The notes beneath the pieces were generated by a model, which did no database searches, had not been told where the DNA came from, and saw only the letters and a list, made by a program, of their open reading frames with translations. This document shows, one piece after another, positions 38,065 to 50,767 of a DNA stretch of 64,000 nt. Made by a program: the position numbers and the translations under genes. This DNA comes from Felis catus. Taxonomy: Eukaryota. Location of the stretch: assembly GCF_018350175.1 (NCBI RefSeq), contig NC_058368.1, positions 180,980,001-181,044,000 on the forward strand. Direction: 5' to 3'. Every line of letters starts with the position of its first letter. Positions within the stretch are counted from its first letter, which is position 1.

Positions 38065-38520
38065 ATTTATTCATTCAACAACTGTTGAGCGTTTAATCTG
38101 TGCCAGGCACAGGCAAAGAAGCTAGAGAAGAAAAGAGGCTATGACAGCAAGTCCTAACATACATAGATCTTACCTTTGATAGTCATGACGTTTAGGAGAA
38201 AGTAGAATATCATGATGAAAAAGAGACTGGGTGGAGAGGGTGAAATGACTGCACCTTAGGGTGTACAAGGGAAGATTTCTTCAAGGAGTTATAGGTGAGC
38301 TCTTGTTGATTCTCAGATTGGTTGGGAGGATGCAACATGGCGATTGGGAAGGAGTGTGCCAGAGAGAAGAAATAAGAGCCTAGATTTTAAGATGGGAAAG
38401 AGCTTGGCATGTCTTCAGAGTCTAAAAGAGGCAGTGTGGCTGGAGCCCAGTTGGTGAAGAGGTTTGTTGAGGTCAAAGTGTGGGGTTGGTGTGAAAGTAG
38501 ACATCATCAAGAGGGAATTA
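38065..38520 (-). mobile_element. L2 fragment
   Basis: tttattcattcaacaactgttgagcgtttaatctgtgccaggcac...gaaagagcttggcatgt...gaggcagtgtggctggagc. Confidence 0.75.
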
Positions 38521-40049
38521 AGAAACTGGTTGGGCACGCTTTTTTTCACTAAGAGAAAAATCAAGATTGTGCTTTATTCTCCAAGATTAAGGATCTGGAC
38601 ACAGAACCATCTCCTGTTTGAACTCTACCAGGTACCTTTTGTGAATCCCTAGGCCTAGTAATAGAGACTAAAGGATGGTTCTTATCACAGCAGTATCCCA
38701 ATTGTTTGCACAGGTAAGATAGGGATCAAGTAGGACATGGAACAGAAAAGAAATAAGAGAGATGCACGACATTGTTTCTCAAAGATTGGCTGAGCTGAGG
38801 TATAAAGCCACTGGGACTAGAAATGGGAAATCCTAGCAGAAGGAGAATTGCAGTTATATAGAAAGGGAGATTGAAGGAAGTAGAGTCAACAAAATGTCAA
38901 TTGACTGCACAATCCAAGAGCAGACAGGAGAGGCATTGTATCAGATGGGAGTGTGCAAGAGGCCTCAAACTCCATTCAGCATATTTCAGAAGCTGCTGTC
39001 TCTGACTGAAATGCAAATGGTCCTGAATTTCTGTAATCACAATTATTTGCAAATGTTTCTGCATCCCTACTTCTGTAACCCCAGGTGATTGACTAAATGA
39101 AGAGAAGGCACTAACTGGAAAGGCAAAGATAAGGATTTGCCAAGTCATTGTTGATTCAGAGAGGTGATTTCTCAGGGAAATGAAAAGGAGAGAACATTCA
39201 CAAAGCCAAACAAAGGCAGCTATGACCCTGCATTTGGAGTATAGTGTGCAGGACAATTGACTGCTAGGCTGGCACCCCTCGCTAATGAAAGGTTTTAGAA
39301 GTCCTTGTTCATCATCCTGGAACTGCACTCTCATAGCATCTTAGCTTGCACAGGGGAACAACGGTTTCCAGGAGACAACAAGGGTAGGAGAGGGTTACAA
39401 AAAATTACTTATTGCACTTTGCTGGGGGACTACACTGGAGGCAGGGAGAAAATCCCATGTGTTTCTAGTCATTTCGTTGGTCAAGATGATGTCCCAATTA
39501 AGCACCAGAAACAGAAAAGAACAGGAAGCATCAGCAGAATAGGGTAGAAAGTGATCCTTCATGTTGTTTTACCAGTTACCGGCTCTGAGCTTTGGGGTAG
39601 GGACAAGAGAGGGACTAAAGTTTTATTATTATAATTACAGACCTAAGGCTTTTCCTGCTTCCTCAACCACTGTATCCCCCAAAGTCAAGCATCACCAACA
39701 TAGGAGGAAATGGATGGGAGGCAGCAAAGAGCTGTTCCCAGTCACCAGGATGGAAAGCTGGAGCATTTTGTAGGCTTTTTCTTATTTATGAAGTTGCTTA
39801 GAGTTGCTTCAAAGTTGCTATTTAGAACACATCCTTAGATAGAGACTTCTGCTTGTCCAGGACTCTGACTTACACATCACTGGAATCCCACTAAGGGAAA
39901 GACAAAGACCTCGAGTTCTGGCTTTCTTTCCACAAGCCTTCGAGAAAGAGAATCACTAGAGGTTACTGCTCTTAGTCCAACAGAATAGCCAGAAGGAATA
40001 TTTCCACTCTGGTCTGCTTGTCACAGAAAGACAGAATGACTCAAAGATG

Positions 40050-40220
40050 TCAACCCATTTTGCAGGTTAAAAAACAACAAAACAAAACAAAACAAAACAA
40101 AAAAAAGGACATGGGGCCCAGAAACAGAAGGACTAGTCTCAAATTACAGAGATAATCTATGACTGCTGAGCCCTAGCTGGAAAACCACTCCTGGCCTGCT
40201 GGCTGTAACACCACTCTTTC
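40050..40220 (-). mobile_element. MIR fragment containing (AAAAC)n
   Basis: cccattttgcagg [aaaac]n ...ggggcccagaaacagaaggact. Confidence 0.5.
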
Positions 40221-40379
40221 TACTCCTAGTGAAGGGAACACACAAGGCAGAATGGGTTTATCACAAGGAAGAACCTTAGCTCATTTTAATGTCATTTTTG
40301 TGGACATTATTCTCAAATTTCTCCCCTTTAACATGAACCAGTTTTCTGTGATACACTTTACCCCGCTTATAGCATTCAT

Positions 40380-40777
40380 CTGTGCCTGAAGTACATCTTT
40401 CTCAAGTTCCTATGTTGAAGCTCTAACTTCTAGTACCATAGAATGTGACTGTAATTGGCAATAGGGCCCTTAAAGAGGCAATTAAGTTGAAATGAGGTCG
40501 TTAGGGTGGGCCCTAATCCAATCTTGCTGAAGCCCTTATAAGAGAAAAGTTTGCACACAGACACCAGAAATGGGCACACAGAAGAAAAGGCCACCTAAGG
40601 ACACAGTGATAAGGCAGCCACCTGTAAGCCAAGGACAGAAGCCTCAGGAGAAGCCAAACCTGCTGACATCTTGAACTTGGACTTCTAGCCTCTGGAATTG
40701 TGAGAAAATAAATTTTTGTTGCTGAAGCCACCCAGCCTGTGGTATTCTGTTGTGGCAGCCCCAGCAAGATAATATGA
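40380..40777 (+). mobile_element. MaLR LTR (MLT1B-like solo LTR)
   Basis: tatgttgaagctctaac...agaatgtgactgta...agggtgggccctaatccaat...ttggacttctagcctctggaattgtgagaaaataaatttttgttg...ggcagcccc. Confidence 0.92.
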
Positions 40778-40789
40778 TCCCTTTAAGAG

Positions 40790-40930
40790 CTATTTATCAA
40801 ACACTTAATTCATGCCAAGTCTGTTTAAGACATTGAGGCTACAGTGAGAAAGAATCCACATTTTGTCAATGGCTTCATGGGAATTACAGTCCTACAAGGG
40901 AAAAGACATGCAGTAAGTTATGTTACTGAT
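40790..40930 (-). mobile_element. L2 fragment
   Basis: tatttatcaaacactta...gccaag...acagtgagaaaga...cttcatgggaattacagtc. Confidence 0.5.
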
Positions 40931-42999
40931 GATTACTTAGAGTCTTGGTACTTCTTCTCAAAGCCAATCGCCCAGCTCAAGAAGTCTCTTTTAGGAAGTG
41001 AGAGCTTACCCAATGTGTGAAAAAGCATGTCTGACACAACATAAACTCAAACCTAACCTATCAGAGTTCTCGTAGCTCCTGATGGTACTTTCCTCTATGA
41101 ACAATCAGGACTTCATAGAGCCAGAAGCTTCCACCACGCTGTTGCACTGTGAGATAGTGAGCAGTCACACATGGTGACAGGCCTTCCCAGTTAGGAATCT
41201 GCTGCCACCCAAGCACATGCCGGGGAGCCAGGAACCCTGAGGATGCTCACCGATGAAGAAAAATGTCAACAAAATCATGCAAGCACCAGAACAAGGAAGA
41301 AGAGGCAAATAGAAGCCAGGGGTTCAGAATGAAGGGTTGATTAACAGCAGTTACAACTGCTGGGGCCTCCCCAGGTATCCCTTTGACCCCAGAGGGAAAG
41401 GGACCAGTTTAATGCCTCCATGAGGCTGTCTGGAAATGAACCTCACAAAGCAGAGGCGATCTATTCCTCTGAGGTCTCCCTTCCACAGAGGTGATATATT
41501 GTCTTATACTTGGTTTGTGTCTGTAAGTGACAGAAATAACCCTGATAGGGTAGGGATGGTTTCTTTGGGTCTCTACTAACTTTCAGTGGCTTTTTTTTCT
41601 TTTTTTAACAAGAGCAGTGCTACATCAAGAGGCCTGAACAATTCCTAAATTCCTGCAGCCATGACTGCCGAGCTCTTAATTATGTGGAGCCTCCATGTAT
41701 CATCTGGCTGCCTCCTGCTTTCGTGTCTGGACTCCCTAGCATGATTGTAGACCCCCAGAGGGCTGCATACTCCACAGGACTGGACCCCTCAGCAGGAACG
41801 CATTAAATATTTGTTGAGTTGAAATGAAGGAGAAGATTGCCCGCAACTGGCAGCTTCCCAGCTGGGTTCTCTCTTCCTAGGAGGTACCAGCATGGACCTT
41901 CCGAAGCAGCAGCCAAACAGTTAAGCCTCTGCCAAAAGACAGATTTTTGGACTCCCAGGCTAGGGCAGCGGCTCTTGTGAGCAGGCACCATTCAGTAGCC
42001 GCCGGCGCTCTGTGACAGGCATGTTCTGATCAGAGGAGAGAGGCTTCCCACCTCCCAGGGAAACTTGTTGATGAGCAGCCTGCCTCTGTATGAAGCACAG
42101 AAGCTTTGCAGGGGCTCAGAGGCAAGGCGCAACGAGAGGACGATCACTTTAGACTTATCCATTTAAAATGCTTTGACGTACTGGCTAAGTACCCAGAGGT
42201 GAACTAATGAACTTAAAAATAGGACATGATTGGGAGCGACAGTAGTTGTCTTTCTAGAAGGCAGAAAGATTTGAATCTTAATCCCAGGTGTGACTCGGAT
42301 GGATTCTACGGCCTTAGGCAAATCTCATAAACTCAGCATCACTTTCAGTAGGGAGACTGGTGCTTCTCTGCAGCCAGGTCCAGCCAAGGTTTAAAAAGCC
42401 TAGCTGGCTGCAGCCGGGGAAAGCAGGCTATAGTCCTGCTGGTTGGCCCCTCCACCCCCCACCCCCGCCAACCATAAGACCTCCTCCTCCTCCCTTTTGG
42501 CAACTCTTTCAGCCTCAAGGTCTTCAGATTTCAACAACATGCCTCGAGATCCCTCTGGGGTGGCCTCACTTGGCAGTATGCATTTCAGGGATCTTTCTTC
42601 TCCTAAGACTTTATATCAGCACCTCCAGCGTTTCTGTCCCGGGCCTTGATTCTACAGAGGTTCTAGGTGACTGGCTGCTAATCTAACAGCTTACAGCAGA
42701 ATCCTCCAGGTGTTGCCACAACTTCATATTTTCTCTGAGCAGATAGCATCTTTTACGGAGACCTTAAACATTTTAACTTGAAGAAGTGAGTGATAGAGGA
42801 TTTGTAAACTGGTTTGATAACACATGGATTTTTTGGGATCTATAGATAGGAACCAAGAATGCAACCTACAAAATCACAGACAGGTAGATGGGTCCTTCTG
42901 TGTCCTGTGGCTTTTGGTTAGAAGCAGAAATGTTTATTTCTAAGATCTTTGGTAACATTTATCTATTTTTAAAGGTTTATTTTGTTATTTATGTAAACA

Positions 43000-43216
43000 T
43001 TTTTTAACAGTTTTATTTATTTTTGAGAGAGCGAGTGAGCACCAGTGCCAGGGCAGGAGGGGAGGGCAGAGAAAGGAGGAGACACAGAATCTGAAGCCGG
43101 TTCCAGGCTCTGAGCTGTCAGCACAGAGCCTGATGTAGGGCTCGAACTCATCAACTGCAAGATCATGACCTGAGTTGAAGTTGGATGCTTAACTGACTCA
43201 GCCACTCGGGCACCCC
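43000..43216 (-). mobile_element. Can-SINE
   Basis: ttttatttatttttgagagag...gagacacagaatctgaagc...gccactcgggcacccc. Confidence 0.95.
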
Positions 43217-43220
43217 TAGA

Positions 43221-43410
43221 TGTTTAATTTTGAGAGAGAGAGAGAGCACACGAGCACAGGGAGGTGCAAAGAAAGAAAGGGAGACAGAGGATCAAAAGTG
43301 GTTCCATGCTGATATCAGAGAGCCCATTGCGGGGCTTGAATCCATGAAATGTGAAGTCCTGACTGCAGCCAAAGTTGGATGCTTACCTGACTGAGCCACC
43401 CAGGAACCCC
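43221..43410 (-). mobile_element. Can-SINE (older; its tail is interrupted by the preceding copy)
   Basis: ttttgagagagag...gagccacccaggaacccc; TSD aacatttatcta/aacattcatcta flanks both copies. Confidence 0.92.
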
Positions 43411-44929
43411 AACATTCATCTAAACAATTTTTTCTCCCCTTCCCCACTAGGTTTTAAGCATCCTGAGTGCAGTCTACCACTCCCCATGGCACAGCATTTA
43501 TCTGGTGCCCAGAGAGTAACTGATGAAACGACATGGACAGCTCATGGAAATTTCTTGGTCCAAAGTTCTCACATTCAGCCCAACTCACCTTTTTAAAAAA
43601 AAAAAAAAAATCTCCAAAGTATTTCTGCTTATAAAAGATTTTGTTTATAAAACTGCATTCATTTAGTATAAATTTTCTAACTAAAAGGAACTTGACATTT
43701 TATTTAGCCTGTACCAAGAAGGGTATGATTTCTATTTGGCTTTTTGAAATACTGAAATGGCCCTGTGTGTCCCTATGTAGTTTATCTGTACACCTTGAGA
43801 ATCCAACATGGGAATGAGTAAGATTTATTATAAATATTATAGCAAGTCGGATGACAATTTTCAATATAACTGCCTGACGTATCACTGTACGATAGTAACA
43901 GAACTGTTTTCTCTTATTTTTTTCCTTACATATAGCCATTTGTTGTCTTTACAGGACTCCAAGAAGAGCAAGCTGCATGATAGATACACTTGGTTAATTT
44001 GTCCATACCACACTAAACACCCAAATGCTTAGCTACTTGGAGACACTATCTGACCAACAGTTTCAATTTTTCATTCAGACCGTCTAAATACCGGGAAGAC
44101 TGAAACAACGTGTACCAGCCTTCCACCAGTTTTGAAGCATAAGAATTGGGTGTGTGCAATGTGGAGAAAGAGCTGAAGGGAAGGGTGGGGGGCGGAGAGG
44201 GAGAATGAACAGAATTGATTTTTGCAATCACCTCTGCTGCGTGCATCCTTCTCTGCCCTACAAAAGAGGGCAGTAGGTCAAGCTCAGTGTTTAATTGCCC
44301 CCGTATTCTTAAGGGTGCAGTACAGATTATGCTAATCACCCCTCTTAAATAATTCAAACCACATTAGTGAAAGCTGCAGAGTCACTGCGAAAAATGCAGA
44401 CCAAACACATGAAAAAGCTATGGAAATGTGGAATGGTATCTGTTTGATAAAACAAGGATGAAATGATGAAACACAGCATTCTTTTCCTTAACCAGCCAAG
44501 TTATTAACTAATTATTGACGTTTATTTACAATAAGCAATCCTTTTCCCTTTTAGATTTTAACTACCTACAGATTACTCCACTTCTAAAAGTGAGTGAATA
44601 TTTCTCATTCCATGTGATAGAAAGGACTTAGAGATAAGACATGGGTCTTCTCGTGTGAGTCCTCACAAGGTAGCTCTACCAAATCTCAAAGATGATATGA
44701 TGGGTTGCATGATAAGGAAATTAAGAACTAGGATCAGAACCCGAAGGTGGCCATGAATGCTGTTCATGCCCTGTTCAAAACTCGCTTTCATCTGTTTTTT
44801 TTTGTTTGGTATTGTAAATTGTTCCCGCCAAGTATTTCCTAAGTTATAGGCAATCTCTAACACCCATTGGCACATAGTGGAAACATGATCTCCCCAGAAT
44901 ACACCAAGTATGGGGTAGTCTAAATTTGA

Positions 44930-45110
44930 ACAACGTGGGGTCAAATTGTCACTCCACCCCTTACTACTTATGAGATGTGACCTTGGACAAGTTTCTGTCT
45001 GAACCTTAGTTTCCTTACATATAAAATGTAAAGAGAATTCCTTCCCTGCAGATTCATGTACACTGAGTGGTTGGCACATACACCTTGTCAGTATGTGGTA
45101 GTCAATTCAA
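44930..45110 (+). mobile_element. MIR SINE
   Basis: gtgaccttggacaagtt...tctgaaccttagtttccttacatataaaatg. Confidence 0.75.
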
Positions 45111-45294
45111 CTGTAATACAATGGTATTCTTTTTCATCAATGGGACAGCAAAGTCTGAAATATTAACTTTGTGAAAATTGGGATAGTTTTCTGGTCTTAA
45201 GCTGACAACCAGAGCCCTTTCTGTTTAAAAGGAATAAATATCCTTGCATTAGCAGCAACATGTGTAAACCTATATAAACCAGATCATCAGCTTG

Positions 45295-45470
45295 TTAAGA
45301 ACTTGACTTCAGAAATCAGGGAACAGGCATTCTGACTCAGGTCTTTCTTCATGTGACTTCCAGAAAGCCTTTTAACTTCTTTGGATCCTAGTTTTCTCAT
45401 ATGTAAAATAGCAGCTTTGGGATACAGGCAGTAGATCAAGTTGTTAGTATGTTTCCCAAATTCCACATTC
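45295..45470 (+). mobile_element. MIR SINE
   Basis: tgtgacttccagaaagccttttaacttctttggatcctagttttctcatatgtaaaatag. Confidence 0.65.
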
Positions 45471-45724
45471 AGTATCACATTAATAGCTTGACACCAGCCA
45501 TGGTGAGAACGTTTAGACCCTGAAAATCAAGTCCTCAAATGCTGCACACCAGCCCCCACTCAGGCCTGCAGAGCCTGTTAACAATTTACCAGCACAGTGT
45601 TGAATACAGATTTTATCAGACGAATCATGTTTAGTTCCCTGATCTTATACTTCATTTGTATAGTTTGCAGTTTTATAGTGGTACCAGTTGATCAAAGTAA
45701 TGGCTGATTGTGTAGCTTCACCAG

Positions 45725-46200
45725 TTTGTGTCTTTTGTTTGCAAGCAATGGGAAACTCAATGCAGTGATGTTGAGTAATTAAGGCAAAATATTAGGTTAT
45801 AATACTGGAAAGTCTAGAAATATAGCAGGCTTCAAGGATGGGTTAATTCAAAGGCTTAGAACTCTGTTTACATTTCTTGGAGATTCTTTTAGCTCTGGCC
45901 TTTCTGAGAGCCCACTTCAACTTCAGGCTGGCTTCTCTCTTAGCAGCTAAAACTGGAAGCAACATTCTGTCCTCACAACTCTATACCCCACCAACTCCCA
46001 CGCTGAGCTGCGACATCTCAGTTCCAGTTAGGAGTCCTATGAGGCTTTCTGATTGGCCCAGCTTAGGTCACATGACCTCGTGGCTACAAGGATAGAATCA
46101 ACTGATAGGCTTAGCCTGCATCAGAGCTGCCTGAGTTCTATCTCCAAACAAACTGGGCACCACTGGCAACGGTGTGAGATGAGCCTGTTGCTGAGATAAG
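45725..46200 (-). mobile_element. Old MaLR LTR (MLT1J/K-like)
   Basis: tcttttgtttgcaagcaatgggaaactcaa...ggcttcaaggatgggttaattcaaaggct...tctgattggcccagcttaggtcacatg. Confidence 0.7.
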
Positions 46201-47264
46201 GAGGGTAACCAAGAGATATTCCTACCTGTATAGGAACATGCTTTTCTCTGACCACTGCACGCCAATTTGAGGAATCAAACGGAGAAGATGCTTGTGTTAA
46301 AGAAAATGCAGAAAATTATTTTGCCTTGTCTGCTGCAGAAAAATACTTTTTGATGGGAAAGAAGAATCGAGCATCAAAAAATTCAAGCTAATGAAGAGTT
46401 TGCACTTAGGACCATGTATTATACATGTTTCACTACATAATGAAAAATGAGAACATGGCATTCTTCACATGTTCAGTTACCTGTAACCTGATACACCCAA
46501 AAATGAACAAGGAAGCCTTTTCACTTTCAAGGTTCTACATTTCAGGATCAGTTTGTCATATGTGGCACACCTACAGCCTGTTTGTAAACGCCAAGATTGG
46601 TTCAGAACTTCCCCGTTCAATGATGGAATAACATTTTCTTGGAAACGTGAGCCATGTCATCGATCTCTGTCAGAAAATTGTCCGTGCACGATAAAGTGAA
46701 GTGTCACTCCACGTCACTAATGAGAAATTTTCCCGTCCTCCCAACACTTCCAGCCAGGACACAGTAAATGGCAGAAGCAGATCTGACCAACAAACTCTAA
46801 AAGCTCACCTCGAATTCAAAAAAGCAAACTGTCAACCATTTGGCAGCAAGAAGAAAAATTATTATCTTTTAAGTCTTCTTAAAAATAATGTATTCGGTTC
46901 TTTTTCCCTCTATAATTGATCTTAAATCTCATCATATTGACTAAACAGGGCCTTAAGTGTGAATTTAACACTTTCCAAACCCTCAGATGCACTTAAGTTT
47001 TACATAATAGACATTACATTCACAGGGGACACATTTCTCCCTGGACATCTTTAAAAAAATCTAAAAGAAATCTAATTAAAATAAGCACAAACACCGTAAT
47101 GGCCCAGTGATTTTTATATATCCTGCTTCTGGCAGTCGTCCTAGGTGCTAGTAACGACCATCTGAAGGAAAGCTAAATACAAAATACCTCACCAATCTGG
47201 AATTCAACTACCTCACGATTTTGTGGATTCAGAGCTCAGTTCCAAATCAGGAAGCACTTTTAAC

Positions 47265-47497
47265 TATTTTTTAAAATATTTTTGAGAGAGGGAGAAAGGG
47301 AGGGAGGGGAGGGGAGAGGGGAGAAGAGAGGAGGAGTGGGTAAGGGGCAGAGAGAGAGAGGGAGACACAGAATCTGAAGGAGGCTCCAGGTTCTGAGCTG
47401 GCAGTACAGAGCCCAAGGCGGGACTCAAACTCGTGAACTGTGAGATCATGACCTGAGCCGAAGTCGGAAACAACTAACTGAGCCACCCAGGTGTCCC
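47265..47497 (-). mobile_element. Can-SINE
   Basis: Full body; TSD tcaggaagcacttt/tcaggaagcatttt. Confidence 0.96.
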
Positions 47498-48234
47498 TCA
47501 GGAAGCATTTTCAAGGTGATCTCTTGGCAGTCAAAATATATGTCACTAAGTTCAAGCCCTTGCTCGGTTTTTATTCCTCAGGTGACTTAAGTCCTCATTT
47601 ATACACTGTTTAATCTCAACTTGCACATCAATTTGTCACATATGGCTATTTAGATTTCCAAAACCTGAACTAATTACAAACAGGCAATTAGAAAAACTGT
47701 AGAACAAATGGAACCCTATGCATGTAACCAGATATGCTACAATAGAAATGAAAAGTGACAATCATTTATTCATTTAATATTTAATGAATACCTACTATTC
47801 ACCAGGCATTGTGACAAGGCAATAAGTACCATGAAAGCAACAAATGAGAAAGTGATGTTATACACAATTAAGAACAACAACAACAAGAAGGCTTATGGAC
47901 TCAACAGCAATAGGTTGGGACCATTTAGGAGGTAAGAAAATAGCGCTGATTATCTCATAACAGCTCTGAGAGATGGATACTTTACTGACCACTCAGAGCC
48001 CATGAAAAGAGATTCAATTATATCAAGCATTCTGGAAAGGCAGAAACAATGTATTTTCAAAAGATGAAATGGTTTAAATAAAAAAAAAATGTTTTTGCTA
48101 TGAAGAAAATTAAGCTACCAATAGGATTACTCTTTCTGAAAGTATAGAGGGTTGAGATTTACCCTAATCAGACCCGGACTGACCATTACAAAGTTCAGAA
48201 CAAGATGAAGATCAAAGAATAACTTGCTTTATAT

Positions 48235-48350
48235 GGGGGGTGGGAGGGAGGGGAAAGTGGGTGATCAGCACTGAGGGGGGCATCTGTTGGGATGAGCACT
48301 GGGTGTTTTATGGAAACCAATTTGACAATAAATTTCATATTAAAAAAAAA
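48235..48350 (+). mobile_element. 5'-truncated feline/carnivore L1 3' end
   Basis: gggtgggagggaggggaaagtgggtgat...ctgttgggatgagcactgggtgttttatggaaaccaatttgacaataaatttcatattaaaaaaaaa. Confidence 0.92.
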
Positions 48351-49052
48351 GAAACATCTCTAGGTTTCCTTTTAAATGAAACGCATCTATATTGGAGTCA
48401 GTTCACTGCAAACATTTATTGCGTTCCCACTATGTGCCCCAAAATAGACTAGAAATGATAGAGACGTTGTAAAAATCATATATATAAGACATAATCTTGT
48501 CATTTTTCTGATAGTTTACAGTTCAACAGATTATTTAGTCCAGATTATTTAGTCCAACTCCTTATATTTCAGGAAGACATTCAAGTCTAAATTGATCTTC
48601 CTCAAGAAGTTAAATTCATTGGGGTAATCACTCTCAGCACCTGTGAAATATATTGCAGTATTTATTCAGTTATTTTTTGAGCAGTTACTATTCAAAGTCA
48701 TTATAGGAGGCACTCAATAGCTGTGAACACAAACTAGCATTTTCCATTTCTGCCAGGAGCCTCTGATCAAGAAGGGAGTAAGTGAAGAGCTTGATACTTT
48801 TGAGTAAGTAAGTGAAGTGCTTGATACCTTTGGTTCGAAATGTTGACTTTCATAAGAGGATGCCACAGAGATGTAGGGAAGGGAGGGACCAACTGACTGG
48901 TTAGGCAGAGCTTCACTGAACTCTAGCAGGACACCATGTAGACAGGGCACTATGGTCCAAGAGCCAGTCCTAAGCTTTGAAATGCATAAACTATAGGTTA
49001 ATTCAGTCTCATAAGTGAACCTAGAGTTAACCATACTCACAAGAAAATGGTT

Positions 49053-49055
<3 letters not shown>

Positions 49056-49104
<49 letters not shown>
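49056..49104. repeat. (CA)n microsatellite, ~24 units
   Basis: Read directly. Confidence 0.98.
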
Positions 49105-49106
<2 letters not shown>

Positions 49107-49474
49107 TAACTTGTTTTAGATCTCAAAAACCTGAATAAATGATCATGCACTAGGAAAAAAAAAAAAACAAAAAACATTAGAGCACAGACCACAAAAGTCT
49201 CAGTCAGCAGGTACTGACAAATTTCAGCTCCATGGAGCACATGAAACTCTAAAAGAAGCAAACATCTTCTATCTCACAGAAAATTCTATTGATACAGGTA
49301 GAAAAAAAATCAACTCTTCCCAATTAGAACTGCCGCCCCCCCCCCCCCCAAAAAAATGTCTTGAGGATAAAAACATTTTAAGCAACTGGTATACTGGTAT
49401 GGGGTTTTTATTTGGTATTATTCTGATATCAAAAGTCAAAGATTATTTGCATCCTCCAGTAAGACAATTAACTG

Positions 49475-49632
49475 TGAGACATCTGACTTTGGCTCAGGTC
49501 ATGATCTCATGGTTTGTGAGTTCAAGCCCCTCATCGGGCTCTGATTTGGTATAGACCCTGCTTCAAATTCTTTTTTTCTCTCTCACTCCCCCTCCACTGC
49601 TCTCTCACTCTCAACAATAAAACCTTAAAAAG
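49475..49632 (+). mobile_element. 5'-truncated Can-SINE
   Basis: catctgactttggctcaggtcatgatctc...aataaaaccttaaaa; perfect TSD aagacaattaactg (49461-49474, 49633-49646). Confidence 0.93.
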
Positions 49633-50767
49633 AAGACAATTAACTGCACAGTGTCTTTGTACATTGGAACTATGGATGTTTCTGTCCAAAGAATCCTCGA
49701 AACTATACAGAAATCAGAGTGAGACTAAAAGGCTACCAGACTATATTACAACAGTGTATGGAATATCTTGTAACTTAGCAGACAATTTTCCTGTGAGAAG
49801 CTTTCTCTTGAAACTGTTAGGAATCCAAGTACATTCATATGCTGATTATTCTGCTATTCGTATTGCATACATTTAGTACAGCAGAGGATAAATGCAACAG
49901 CCAGTTTGGTAAATTCCTCTGGGGGAAAATGGGAGTTCAGCCTGTTAAGATAGAGTTTATTATGCTAATTTTTGGTTCCAGCAATAAAAAAAAACTCAGC
50001 TTTTGTTCACAAACAATTGGATTGATAAAATCAGTACTTTTAGTATTGGTCATAGAAGTCCATGGAATAAACTGAAAACATATCTAATGTGAAGAAGATT
50101 TAAATAGAGCATACTCTCTGATGCTTTGGTTCCAGGTTGACAGGTCAGTGGGTAGGGAAGCAGAGTAGAGATGGATCACATCGTATAATAAACACTTTAT
50201 TTATCACAAAAAGTCCAAGAAATTTATACATAATCCACCAGCTACAATGGTTACTTTAAATTGTCGGATGATAGTAAGAATGGGTGTTTACAGAGAAACT
50301 CTTCAATGGGAGGATGTCTTCTGGTTTTCAAAGCCAATGGCTCACAAACAATATATGGTCAGAAATGAGCTTAGAGATTGAGAGTATTACTCCTACCTTT
50401 GTCTCCACAGCCTCAGTCAGAACTATCCTAACATCCTCAGTTGACCTCAATTCTGTAAATTGCATAAGTGGCCAAAAATTCCCTTCCCTGCAACTATTTG
50501 GAAACCACAAGATATTTTCATAAATAGGTTTCTGTAGTATGCTCCAATGAGAACATTTACACTGCAAGAACAGAGTCACTAGCAATTCCAGTTGAAAGCT
50601 ATTGAGAAGACAGAGGATTTTTAGGTTGTGTCATGGAGAGAGTTATTTCCAGTGGTGGAGACGCTAGGAAATTAAGGCCCATAATATGAATACTCTATAT
50701 CTTTCCAATAGAATGCAATGCTTCTTGCTATGAGGAGCAGAGAGAGTTCTTTATAATCTCAAACTCC

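Noticed and set aside
38897..39334. Longest non-repeat ORF (145 aa, minus strand)
   Set aside because: No recognisable domain, non-ATG start, and a length within chance expectation for 64 kb.
45490..45602. Possible MER63-like hAT fragment (ttaacaatttaccagcaca)
   Set aside because: Only ~20 bp of resemblance; not enough to call.
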